Source of the DNA: a virus
Lineage: Duplodnaviria > Heunggongvirae > Uroviricota > Caudoviricetes
Length of the DNA stretch: 64,000 nucleotides
Reading direction: 5' to 3' (one strand)
IMG/VR virus record: IMGVR_UViG_2529293038_000017
Coordinates: 1-64,000 of that record
Shown: piece by piece, positions 1 to 8,500 of the stretch
How the letters are laid out: each line of letters opens with the position of its first letter
Position numbering within the stretch: position 1 is the stretch's first letter
The notes under the pieces: model-generated
What the model was told of the DNA's origin: nothing
The model's input: only the letters and a program-made list of their open reading frames with translations
The model's database searches: none
Position numbers and translations under genes: made by a program

Positions 1-19
1 AAACTTAAGGGTTATTGAA

Positions 20-100
20 CATGATCAATTTACCTGTAAATCCATACAGTTCAATACCTTATCAGGTCAAATAGTGATCACTTGATCATTTGATCAAGGT
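20..100. promoter_or_regulatory. Cluster of four GATC (Dam) sites upstream of cra/cre; candidate methylation-sensitive promoter region
   Basis: GATC at 23-26, 76-79, 84-87 and 92-95, seen directly. P1 cre is reported to have a Dam-regulated promoter (from memory). Confidence 0.35.
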
Positions 101-161
101 TGCGCTACGTAAAATCTGCGAAATGTTGGCGGTGTTAGTCCTACAGATTTCGCGTAGCGCA
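101..161. repeat. Near-perfect 17-bp inverted repeat pair (GCGCTACGTAAAATCTG / CAGATTTCGCGTAGCGC) with a 25-bp spacer
   Basis: Arms at 102-118 and 144-160 are reverse complements with 2 mismatches. Position suggests an operator or RNA hairpin upstream of cra. Confidence 0.5.
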
Positions 162-192
162 CTTAGCACCACCAATCAATCAGAGGTGAAAA

Positions 193-414
193 ATGGGATA
201 TTCAGCTGCTAAAGTGTCCACTCATCTTGAGCTTGAGAAAAACCGTGGTTACTGGCGGGCAAAAGGGTTTGAGCGTGATAGTTACCAATTGTCATTATCT
301 CGCGGTGAAGAGAAAATAGAACGCACGCACGGTCGCTGGCGTTTCTATGACGAGAACCATAAACAGGTAAAGGCAGAGACGATCCTGTACACTTTACTTA
401 AAACCATTATCTGA
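193..414 (+). CDS. cra: Cra-like small protein (73 aa) upstream of cre
   Basis: ATG preceded by GAGGTG. Size and position match P1 cra as I recall it. Confidence 0.6.
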   Translation: MGYSAAKVSTHLELEKNRGYWRAKGFERDSYQLSLSRGEEKIERTHGRWRFYDENHKQVKAETILYTLLKTII

Positions 415-421
415 GTGTTAA

Positions 422-1453
422 ATGTCCAATTTACTGACCGTACACCAAAATTTGCCTGCATTACCGGTCGATGCAACGAGTGATGAGGTTCGCAAGAACC
501 TGATGGACATGTTCAGGGATCGCCAGGCGTTTTCTGAGCATACCTGGAAAATGCTTCTGTCCGTTTGCCGGTCGTGGGCGGCATGGTGCAAGTTGAATAA
601 CCGGAAATGGTTTCCCGCAGAACCTGAAGATGTTCGCGATTATCTTCTATATCTTCAGGCGCGCGGTCTGGCAGTAAAAACTATCCAGCAACATTTGGGC
701 CAGCTAAACATGCTTCATCGTCGGTCCGGGCTGCCACGACCAAGTGACAGTAATGCTGTTTCACTGGTCATGCGACGGATCCGAAAAGAAAACGTTGATG
801 CCGGTGAACGTGCAAAACAGGCACTGGCGTTCGAACGCACTGATTTCGACCAGGTTCGTTCACTCATGGAAAATAGCGATCGCTGCCAGGATATACGTAA
901 TCTGGCATTTCTGGGGATTGCTTATAACACCCTATTACGTATAGCCGAAATTGCCAGGATCAGGGTTAAAGATATCTCACGTACTGACGGTGGGAGAATG
1001 TTAATCCATATTGGCAGAACGAAAACGCTGGTTAGCACCGCAGGTGTAGAGAAGGCACTTAGCCTGGGGGTAACTAAACTGGTCGAGCGATGGATTTCTG
1101 TCTCTGGTGTGGCTGATGATCCGAATAACTACTTGTTTTGCCGTGTCAGAAAAAATGGTGTTGCCGCGCCATCTGCCACCAGCCAGCTATCAACTCGCGC
1201 CCTGGAAGGGATTTTTGAAGCAACTCATCGATTGATTTACGGCGCTAAGGATGACTCTGGTCAGAGATACCTGGCCTGGTCTGGACACAGTGCCCGTGTC
1301 GGAGCCGCGCGAGATATGGCCCGCGCCGGAGTTTCAATACCGGAGATCATGCAAGCTGGTGGCTGGACCAACGTAAATATTGTCATGAACTATATCCGTA
1401 ACCTGGATAGTGAAACGGGGGCAATGGTGCGCCTGCTGGAAGATGGCGATTAG
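422..1453 (+). CDS. cre: Cre site-specific tyrosine recombinase (343 aa)
   Basis: Translation MSNLLTVHQNLPALPVDATSDEVRKNLMDMFRDRQAFSEHTWKMLLSVCRSWAAWCKLNNRKWFPAEPEDVRDYLLYLQARGLAVKTIQQHLGQLNMLHRRSGLPRPSDSNAVSLVMRRIRKENVDAGERAKQALAFERTDFDQVRSLMENSDRCQDIRNLAFLGIAYNTLLRIAEIARIRVKDISRTDGGRMLIHIGRTKTLVSTAGVEKALSLGVTKLVERWISVSGVADDPNNYLFCRVRKNGVAAPSATSQLSTRALEGIFEATHRLIYGAKDDSGQRYLAWSGHSARVGAARDMARAGVSIPEIMQAGGWTNVNIVMNYIRNLDSETGAMVRLLEDGD matches the P1 Cre sequence as I remember it. Confidence 0.97.
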   Translation: MSNLLTVHQNLPALPVDATSDEVRKNLMDMFRDRQAFSEHTWKMLLSVCRSWAAWCKLNNRKWFPAEPEDVRDYLLYLQARGLAVKTIQQHLGQLNMLHRRSGLPRPSDSNAVSLVMRRIRKENVDAGERAKQALAFERTDFDQVRSLMENSDRCQDIRNLAFLGIAYNTLLRIAEIARIRVKDISRTDGGRMLIHIGRTKTLVSTAGVEKALSLGVTKLVERWISVSGVADDPNNYLFCRVRKNGVAAPSATSQLSTRALEGIFEATHRLIYGAKDDSGQRYLAWSGHSARVGAARDMARAGVSIPEIMQAGGWTNVNIVMNYIRNLDSETGAMVRLLEDGD

Positions 1454-1470
1454 CCGTTCATTTGCGCTTG

Positions 1471-1487
1471 ATTGCTCTAATTATTTG
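1471..1487. promoter_or_regulatory. C1 repressor operator-like site (ATTGCTCTAATTATTTG)
   Basis: Matches the P1 C1 operator consensus ATTGCTCTAATAAATTT at 15/17 positions, just downstream of the cre stop. Confidence 0.55.
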
Positions 1488-1503
1488 ATATTTATGGTGA
1501 CGC

Positions 1504-1815
1504 ATGCGGAAGGGTTTCAAAATAGACGGAAAATATGTGGTGCTGTCTGTAAGCTCTCAAATTCAGTCACCATCTGTCATTGTCACCGTAAAGTTGAGCG
1601 ATAGGATGCCTGATATCGACTCGATATCTGTTGCGTTCCCCGTTAAAAGCATGCGGAGTGCTGAACATTTTGTGATGAATGCAACGGAGGAGGAAGCGCG
1701 GCGCGGGCTTACTAGAGTGATGGTGGAATTTGGCGAACTCCTGGGTAAGGTAAACAATGCCCTTTCAATCAGTTCAGCAAGATCCAAAGCGTTAACAGCT
1801 TCCATGATGAAATAA
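1504..1815 (+). CDS. Hypothetical protein (103 aa); possible c8-region gene
   Basis: ORF between cre and ref ending directly at a hairpin. No recognisable motif. Confidence 0.3.
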   Translation: MRKGFKIDGKYVVLSVSSQIQSPSVIVTVKLSDRMPDIDSISVAFPVKSMRSAEHFVMNATEEEARRGLTRVMVEFGELLGKVNNALSISSARSKALTASMMK

Positions 1816-1840
1816 AAAAAGCCTGGCAAGGAGCCAGGCT
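1813..1840 (-). terminator. Rho-independent terminator for leftward transcription
   Basis: Stem GCCTGGC/GCCAGGC (1821-1827/1833-1839) followed on the minus strand by a U7 run (plus-strand A7 at 1814-1820). Confidence 0.6.
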
Positions 1841-1946
1841 GCACAAAAGAGCGGGTTTGTATTCCGCATCCAATCAATCAAGAAGGAGTATAGCACACAG
1901 GTACTGAAGTGAAAAAATGTGATTCGCGATTAACAAAATATCTACC

Positions 1947-1974
1947 ATTGCTCTAATTGATTGCTATAATTAAG
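1947..1974. promoter_or_regulatory. Tandem overlapping C1 operators upstream of ref (Op2a/Op2b-like)
   Basis: ATTGCTCTAATTGATTG (1947-1963) overlapping ATTGCTATAATTAAG (1960-1974). P1 ref is C1-controlled (from memory). Confidence 0.65.
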
Positions 1975-2030
1975 CCGCAGTTTTTGTCAACTACGAAGAC
2001 GTTGCCATTACTTAACTCCTTGACATCATT

Positions 2031-2056
2031 GGCGGCCATTAGGCCGCCTTTTTTTT
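2031..2056 (+). terminator. Terminator-like hairpin plus T8 run 5 bp upstream of the ref start codon
   Basis: GGCGGCC-ATTA-GGCCGCC followed by TTTTTTTT. No Shine-Dalgarno between it and the ref ATG. Confidence 0.5.
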
Positions 2057-2061
2057 GCCAT

Positions 2062-2622
2062 ATGAAAACAATCGAACAAAAACTTGAACAGCGCCGCGAG
2101 TGGCAGAAGGCAGCCAGAGAACGAGCGATCGCTCGGCAACGGGAAAAGTTGGCTGACCCCGCTTGGCGAGAATCGCAATATCAGAAAATGCGGGATTCTA
2201 TCGACCGCCGTATCGCTAAACAGAAAGAGCGCCCACCAGCCAGCAAAACGCGGAAAAGTGCGGTAAAGATAAAATCTCGTGGCTTAAAGGGGCGAACATC
2301 GACAGCGGAGGAACGGAGCATCGCCAATGCTCTTGGCGCTCTCCCCTGCATTGCCTGCTACATGCATGGAGTAATATCTGAAGAGGTATCTCTGCACCAT
2401 ATCTCCGGTCGTACCGCGCCGGGTTGTCACAAAAAGCAATTGCCCCTTTGTAGATGGCACCACCAGCATGCAGCACCGGCTGAAGTAAGAGAAAAATACC
2501 CCTGGCTGGTCCCTGTTCATGCCGATGGTGTGGTTGGAGGCAAGAAAGAATTCACCTTGCTGAACAAGTCAGAGATGGAGTTGCTGGCTGACGCCTATGA
2601 GATGGCAAACATCATGCACTAA
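2062..2622 (+). CDS. ref: Ref recombination-enhancement HNH-family endonuclease (186 aa)
   Basis: Starts MKTIEQKLEQRREWQK; C-terminal Cys/His cluster (CIACYMHG...HHISGR...CRWHH). Size and position match P1 ref. Confidence 0.85.
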   Translation: MKTIEQKLEQRREWQKAARERAIARQREKLADPAWRESQYQKMRDSIDRRIAKQKERPPASKTRKSAVKIKSRGLKGRTSTAEERSIANALGALPCIACYMHGVISEEVSLHHISGRTAPGCHKKQLPLCRWHHQHAAPAEVREKYPWLVPVHADGVVGGKKEFTLLNKSEMELLADAYEMANIMH

Positions 2623-2773
2623 TAAATATATTATTTTTAATCTGAAATAATTGACAACTGACAAGTGACTTCAGTCAGAATCATCACACGCCCGGTACGG
2701 ATGGATCCCTTTTCAAATATTCCATGGACGGCACAGTCTGAGTACCGGGCGCTACCTTCAGTTGTATTGCTAA

Positions 2774-2799
2774 GCCGCCGCTGGTGGCTTTTCTTTTTT
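2774..2799 (+). terminator. Rho-independent terminator or attenuator immediately upstream of mat
   Basis: GCCGCCG/CTGGTGGC hairpin followed by TTTTCTTTTTT; an AGGGG Shine-Dalgarno and the mat ATG follow within 12 bp. Confidence 0.5.
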
Positions 2800-2810
2800 G
2801 TAGGGGCGCT

Positions 2811-3452
2811 ATGGATAAGAAAATATGCGTTGTTTCGATGAGCGTCGGCAAACCGGCGTCAATGACTGCTGCATGGATCAACAACGAGCTGATAATGGCT
2901 GAGCGGACCAGCTACCCTGAACGCCGCCGCGATATGGAACTCCAGTTGCTGCGCGAATTGCGTGAGAAAGAGGAAAAAGGTTTTATCGTGCTGGTGGAAG
3001 AGGAAAACAGCTTTATTACCGGTAGAGTTGGCCAGCGTGTAAGGTTGCGCGATCCCTTCATGAACGGCAGGCCGGTACTAATTGAGGCAATGCAGATTTA
3101 TAAGGAGCTGGAACGCCAGAAAGCAATCAAGTTACCGCGCAAGGAATCCGGCAAATACATCCTCCACCAAAGCATCTTCGATTCCGAACACGACAAAAAA
3201 GGCGATGAATTTTTCAACATCAACTGGAGCGAAATAACGACAGAGCATGTTCTGACGTTACTATGTTGCTTTGCGACGGAATACAACAACGTTGCCAGCG
3301 CAGACTACATCAGGGCAATGGCTGGAGAAGTTGAGGCACGCCAGGAACCATCGTTACTAAGCCCTCTGATTAACATAATTCGCGGAACCCAAACGCTGGC
3401 ACAAAAACAGGTGCCTAAGGGAGTATTAACAGGAAAAGGAAATTATCTATAA
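2811..3452 (+). CDS. mat: Mat-like protein (213 aa)
   Basis: ATG at 2811 with AGGGG Shine-Dalgarno (the ORF-track start at 2784 lies inside the terminator). Position matches P1 mat downstream of ref; identity is from synteny only. Confidence 0.5.
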   Translation: MDKKICVVSMSVGKPASMTAAWINNELIMAERTSYPERRRDMELQLLRELREKEEKGFIVLVEEENSFITGRVGQRVRLRDPFMNGRPVLIEAMQIYKELERQKAIKLPRKESGKYILHQSIFDSEHDKKGDEFFNINWSEITTEHVLTLLCCFATEYNNVASADYIRAMAGEVEARQEPSLLSPLINIIRGTQTLAQKQVPKGVLTGKGNYL

Positions 3453-3508
3453 ACGTCAATGCATTAGGGTATACTTCTCCGTAGAACTATAAGTAAATGG
3501 AGTAAGTA

Positions 3509-4333
3509 ATGAGCGAGTATATAGAAATTGCCTATGCAGCAGCTACACATAGGCTGTGCTTTCTTACAGGCACTGGATTTTCAAAGGCTGTTTCTGATGA
3601 TAAAGCCCCAAGTTGGCAATCTTTATTGGAGCAACTGTGCGGTTTATTGAAGGATGGTGACTCACTCAAAGAGGAATTATTTCCTGATGGAAAAGCAAAA
3701 GACCTTAGCCTTGAAGAGGCTGCTCAGGTTATTGCACTAAAATTTATACTTTCGGGGAAAAATATTTACCAGGAGATTGAGAAAATCATAGCCTCAATCG
3801 AACTTGATCCATCAATTGAATATATTCAAGACTTTTTCAAAGAAAACACATTTAAAGTAATTACGACAAATTATGACAAGTTAGCAGAAAAACTGGCTGG
3901 AGAGAATCGAACGTGTACAATCACCCCCGGCCTGCCAATTCCAAAATATAATTGTGAGGTTAAAGTCTACCATGTTCACGGCTCTATAGACTCCCCATCA
4001 GATATGGTTGTTACTAGCGAGGATTATTTCAGATTTATAAATGGTAATTCTTACTTTTCAAATAAACTAAGCACAGTTCTACATGAAAACACTATTGTTA
4101 TTCTTGGCTATTCTCTAAGTGACGCGAACCTCAAGGCGATTATAAATGAATATAAGGTATTTTCACGGGACAACGTAATGTCCTCCAATATTTTCCTTAT
4201 TTCCCGAGGGAAACTATTGCAACCTATTAAAGATTACTATTTTTCCTGCTTTGGGATTAGGGTTATAGATAAAACAGAGGTGTCTGATTTCTTTAGAAAA
4301 CTTAACAAGAAAATTCCAGAAGCAAAAAAATAA
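3509..4333 (+). CDS. SIR2-like (sirtuin-fold, predicted NAD+-consuming) protein, 274 aa; candidate defence effector
   Basis: GGAG Shine-Dalgarno 6 nt before the ATG. Motifs in SIR2-family order: FLTGTGFSKA (Rossmann GxGxS), VITTNYD (catalytic Asn), VYHVHGS (catalytic His). AT-rich relative to flanks. No database search run. Confidence 0.75.
   Translation: MSEYIEIAYAAATHRLCFLTGTGFSKAVSDDKAPSWQSLLEQLCGLLKDGDSLKEELFPDGKAKDLSLEEAAQVIALKFILSGKNIYQEIEKIIASIELDPSIEYIQDFFKENTFKVITTNYDKLAEKLAGENRTCTITPGLPIPKYNCEVKVYHVHGSIDSPSDMVVTSEDYFRFINGNSYFSNKLSTVLHENTIVILGYSLSDANLKAIINEYKVFSRDNVMSSNIFLISRGKLLQPIKDYYFSCFGIRVIDKTEVSDFFRKLNKKIPEAKK
4324..4333 (+). promoter_or_regulatory. Candidate -1 frameshift site: slippery heptamer A_AAA_AAA followed immediately by the TAA stop
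   Basis: Codons GCA AAA AAA TAA; the -1 frame (AAA AAA ATA AAA GAC AAA TTG...) is open into the 4342..4812 ORF. Confidence 0.3.
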
Positions 4334-4341
4334 AAGACAAA

Positions 4342-4812
4342 TTGAGGCACTCAATCAAATCGGTAATAAAAAACGGAAGAGAGTATAAAATAGAGTTCTT
4401 GAAGTTAGAGGATTCTTTTTATCATATCATTTCCTCCATTTCATCATCTGGATATAGCTGGAATGATGAAAAGGTATTAAATGTTTTTTGTGATATAATA
4501 GATAAAAAAATAGATCTTACTAAAGAGTCTGGCGCATGGGAGCAGTATGAACACCTGGCAAAATGGCTTATTTATTTCGGTAGTTTATTTGAAGTAAAAG
4601 GAACCAACTTTGAGAAAAAATACATACATGCGGTTGAACACTCAATGACTTATATGAATAAACCTTACGAAACAGGCTACTCATGGCGAGCATATCTAGC
4701 CTGGAAAACAAAATGGCCTTCACTGACAGCATCTAACCGCTCTCTTATTAAGAGTAAGATGGAAGAAATCCCGCTACAACAGATTCACGATATTATATCT
4801 AAGTTTATATAG
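4342..4812 (+). CDS. Hypothetical partner protein (156 aa), or C-terminal domain of a frameshift fusion with the SIR2-like protein
   Basis: ORF directly downstream of the SIR2-like gene in the -1 frame. The only start is a TTG with no Shine-Dalgarno. AT-rich; no recognisable motifs. Confidence 0.55.
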   Translation: MRHSIKSVIKNGREYKIEFLKLEDSFYHIISSISSSGYSWNDEKVLNVFCDIIDKKIDLTKESGAWEQYEHLAKWLIYFGSLFEVKGTNFEKKYIHAVEHSMTYMNKPYETGYSWRAYLAWKTKWPSLTASNRSLIKSKMEEIPLQQIHDIISKFI

Positions 4813-4820
4813 TATATTTA

Positions 4821-4849
4821 TCTCCGGCCTAATCTCCCTAGGCCGGAGA
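4821..4849. terminator. Strong 11-bp stem hairpin separating the SIR2 cassette from lxc
   Basis: TCTCCGGCCTA (4821-4831) pairs with TAGGCCGGAGA (4839-4849) around a 7-nt loop. Confidence 0.55.
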
Positions 4850-4853
4850 GTTC

Positions 4854-5102
4854 TTAATCAGCATTCAGGAGCAATGCGTTATCTATGATGATCTGCTCCC
4901 ATTCCTCGAATGCCCGGTCGCGGACGCCCTGGGGAACGCTGTTAGTTTTGAAATCGACGACCGTCCGCCATTTCCCGTCCGGACGGTACATGCGCAGAGC
5001 TTTACTTCCCCCTTCCCTGCGCACCTCAACGTTATGCTTGTCAGCAAACTCTTGTAATGCTCGTAGCGTCCCATGCTTTACTGTGTAGTATCGCTTTTTC
5101 AA
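4854..5102 (-). CDS. lxc: Lxc/Bof-like C1 co-repressor modulator (82 aa)
   Basis: 82-aa ORF directly downstream of ulx, overlapping it by 4 bp. Size and synteny match P1 lxc (from memory). Confidence 0.6.
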   Translation of the reverse strand: MKKRYYTVKHGTLRALQEFADKHNVEVRREGGSKALRMYRPDGKWRTVVDFKTNSVPQGVRDRAFEEWEQIIIDNALLLNAD

Positions 5103-5539
5103 GTTTTCTCTCCAGCCTGTGCCAAGGCTTCAACTTCCAAATCGTAAGACTCAAACTCATAGTCCTGGTCGTCAACTTCTTCAGGCACTGGCAGTAAATG
5201 CCAGGCTGAGTATATCTGACCATTATCAAAACGCTCCTGGCTGTAGAGCGTCGCGGCTATGAGTGTTAGCGCCGGGCGGTCATAACGGTAAATTTTGCGA
5301 ACGTCACGGTCAACGAGACGACCGAAATTACCATAACCGCGCTCCAGTAATAATTTTTTAATTTCCGGCCAGTATGGACCATAGCTGCGGTACAGGCGGG
5401 GATTTTTCAGTAATCGCCCGCGTAGCCCTGACAGGAAGAAATCAACGTATTCGTCTTCTGTCTTTCCTAACAACGCTGTACGGAGTACCGCCTCAAGATA
5501 TGTTTTATTCGGTTTTATTGTATCAGATAGTGTGGCCAT
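5099..5539 (-). CDS. ulx: Ulx-like protein (146 aa)
   Basis: Lies between darB and lxc in the same orientation, as P1 ulx does. Confidence 0.6.
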   Translation of the reverse strand: MATLSDTIKPNKTYLEAVLRTALLGKTEDEYVDFFLSGLRGRLLKNPRLYRSYGPYWPEIKKLLLERGYGNFGRLVDRDVRKIYRYDRPALTLIAATLYSQERFDNGQIYSAWHLLPVPEEVDDQDYEFESYDLEVEALAQAGEKT

Positions 5540-5572
5540 ATTATGCGACGCCCGGCGAACCGGGCGCTCCTG

Positions 5573-8500
5573 TTATGCGTATTGTTGGATGACGGCCAGA
5601 ACGTCCGCCACGTTGTGTTTTGTCTCGATAATCCACCAGTTACCCGGGAAATCGCTGTTCTTCGCCTTCGCTGGCAGCCAGCGAGCGCCGAATTTCGCCT
5701 TGATTGCGTCTTTCGCACGGAAAAGAACGCCTTTCATGCCTGAGGCTTCCTGAAGCCCAAATACCTCGCCAGCGGCGAATTTTGGTGCGTACATCATCTT
5801 CAGGTCGGCGGTGGATACGCGATAATTCAGACCAAGAGACTGAGCTATGCTGGTGGCATCACCCTGTATTGATGATAACTCTTCTTGTTTCTCGTTTCTG
5901 GCGGCAATCTCTTCCTCCGTGATGTTGCCAAGGGCCAGGTTTATCCGATCAGCGTCGGCCTGTTTCTCTTCATCGGTGCGCCCGGCAAGAACCGTGTTAA
6001 TTCTCTGCAATATCTCCACATGATTCTTGCGCATGCTGAGCAATTCCGGCGTAACCTCGTTAAGATCCACCAGCCCAAGGATGGCAAGGTCGGAAAACAT
6101 TGATACCAGGTTGTAGGTCATGCGATAGCTGAGTTGACCATAGGCTGATGGCAACTGCACCGCATCCATTTTATAGGCATCCATAAATTTAGAGCCGTCG
6201 TTTACGACATCCGCAATTGCCGGTGTGATTTTTCCTGTGGTGGCGGCCTCCCTGATTGCTGTTACCCACGATTGAGTCAGCGCGGAAACTGCATGATTCA
6301 GATTGGCTTTGCGTTCTGCTGCAATGCGCGCGCTTGCAGCGTCCATTGACTGTTTGATCTCGTCTTTATTGCTGTAAATGCCAATGGTGCCAAACTGTGC
6401 TGTGGTGATCTCATAATCTGACGCCCGGAACTCATTGGTACCGAAAATAGCATTGGTGACTTCAAGTTCAGAATCCCCGTTACGAGTAGCCCCCTGGCTT
6501 GTTTTTTCCGGCATTCTGGCGATCGCATCCGCTATTTTCTCCTGAATTGCTTCAGGGGATAGCGTATCTCCGTATGACGCGATTACATCGCCATAATTGG
6601 AGCCAAACAGTTCAACCAGGAATGTTTCTGCCGAACGGATCTGGCGGTTATTCCCTTCCGACATCATACCAAGCACCCATTTTGCAATTGACGACTTCAG
6701 CGCGCCGTCACGGCGATCCGGGTAAACCGCATGCTTCAGTGGGTCCGTATAGGTACCAACAAAATCGATGCTATAGCCTGACTCTGTAGTCTGAACGCCG
6801 TATGAGTCAGTGATTTTGATCATGCCGCGCTGCTGGAAACGGTAGAAATCGTCACAGGAAATGATGTCGTTAATCCCGGCGATGGAGACGCCACCACTGA
6901 TTTTCTGCATAACAGCATCTTCATCGGGAGTTACATCAACCTGTTTATCCAGCGTCTTCACATCCCAGTTACCCGATTTGGTGCCTTTGAAGGTAAAGAT
7001 GATCTCCACGTCTGCGCGCTGGCTGTCGAAGTCCAGCGACTTAATGCGAACGATATCACCGGCACAATCGTAGTATTGGCCTACACGCCATGAGCGATCG
7101 CCGATAACAAGGAACTCATTCGCATGGTTAACCAGATCAGGATCAACATCCAGAATGCCTTTATTTATTGCATCCTCCACCAGCGGGCGCAGGCGTTTGA
7201 TATCCGTCGCGGCCTTCTGAGTACGGTTCAATAATTTCTCATAGCGGGAGATGGCTTGAGAGATATTAGCCTTGCGCTGAATGGCGCTTTTCAACGACGC
7301 GCGATACTGTGCTAACAACGTACGGTCTGTGTGATGGACGCTACCCCAGCGGGCTTTCCAGTCTGCGTTATCAGCTGCTTTGGCCATTACCGCCTGTTTG
7401 AATTTAGCTACCTCGGCGGTGGTCTTTTCAAGTTCCGCTTTGTTTCGCTCTAATTCAGCGGTAAGTACCTCCACATCCTCGCCAGCTGCGTGCTGCGCCT
7501 TGATGTAGTTCTGAAGGTCGATAGTAGCCTGTTCTTTCTGGCGAGCGCGTTGCGCGGCTTTCGCCTTATCCATTTGAACCTGCATCATTGCCAGACGTTC
7601 GCCATCATCCTTAGCGGTATACATCTGCATTTCGATCATATCGTTGGCGTCGGCGTTCTCCATTTCTGACTTATCTGAACGGAGGATATCGGAGATCCAG
7701 CCTGCTTTACGCTTCAGCGTCTTCAGTCGGTATTCATCGAAAGAACCCTTGCCGCAGTAGTAATGAACGCGAACGCTTGCACGGTTGGAGCCAACTCGGG
7801 CACCGCGACCGTTACGCTGTGCGATACTGGCTGGTGTCCATGGCAACGTCAGATGATGGATGTCAGTCGTTCCTCGATGCAGGTTGATACCCACCTCTGC
7901 CTTTTTGTTGCAGATGATGATCGGAGTCCGGCCCTCCTGGAAGTCTGCTGCAATCTTTTCCAGACCGCCCAACGACATTTCATTTTGCTGCGCGATATAG
8001 GCGTCATACAGAGCCATTTGCTCGTTGTATTTCGCTATCTGTGCATCTGTTGGTTCATCAGGTAACTCTTTCGGCGGTTTAACCGCTTTCAGTTTCTTAC
8101 CGGTTTTACCTGCCTCGGCAACCGTCTGAGCATTCAGGATCCCCACCTTTGAAGGTTCAAGGTTAAGAGCATTGCAGATAATGCGCTTGAGCTTCTGGTG
8201 CTGCGTTTTTTCGTCCGTGAAGATGATTTGCTTACCTTCCGGGAAAAACTCCTTCAGCGTGGCGATCAGCTTCGCGTATTTGGGTGTAACGGGGTGAGTT
8301 ACGGTCTGTTCGTCAATGCCAAACCTGGCCAGGCGCTTATTCACTTCCTGCTCGAACGCTTCCGGAACCTGCAACTGAATAAACTCGCCCTTATCTATCA
8401 GGGAGTATTGCGATTGCTGCGTGATTGAATCATCACTGTCGTCGTCTTCGCTGGTGGCTTGTTTAGGCAAACTGTCCGCCAGCTGCTGCACCGCATCGGC

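Noticed and set aside
744-944. 66-aa ORF inside cre in another frame
   Set aside because: Fully nested within the well-supported cre gene; no independent signals.
1563-1877. 104-aa minus-strand ORF between cre and ref
   Set aside because: Its reading frame runs through the minus-strand intrinsic terminator at 1813-1840, making translation of the full frame unlikely.
4342-4812. SLOG-type ligand-binding domain in the SIR2 partner protein, which would make the pair ThsA-like
   Set aside because: No glycine-rich Rossmann/SLOG signature is visible and no TIR-domain ThsB gene is adjacent, so a Thoeris assignment is not supported.
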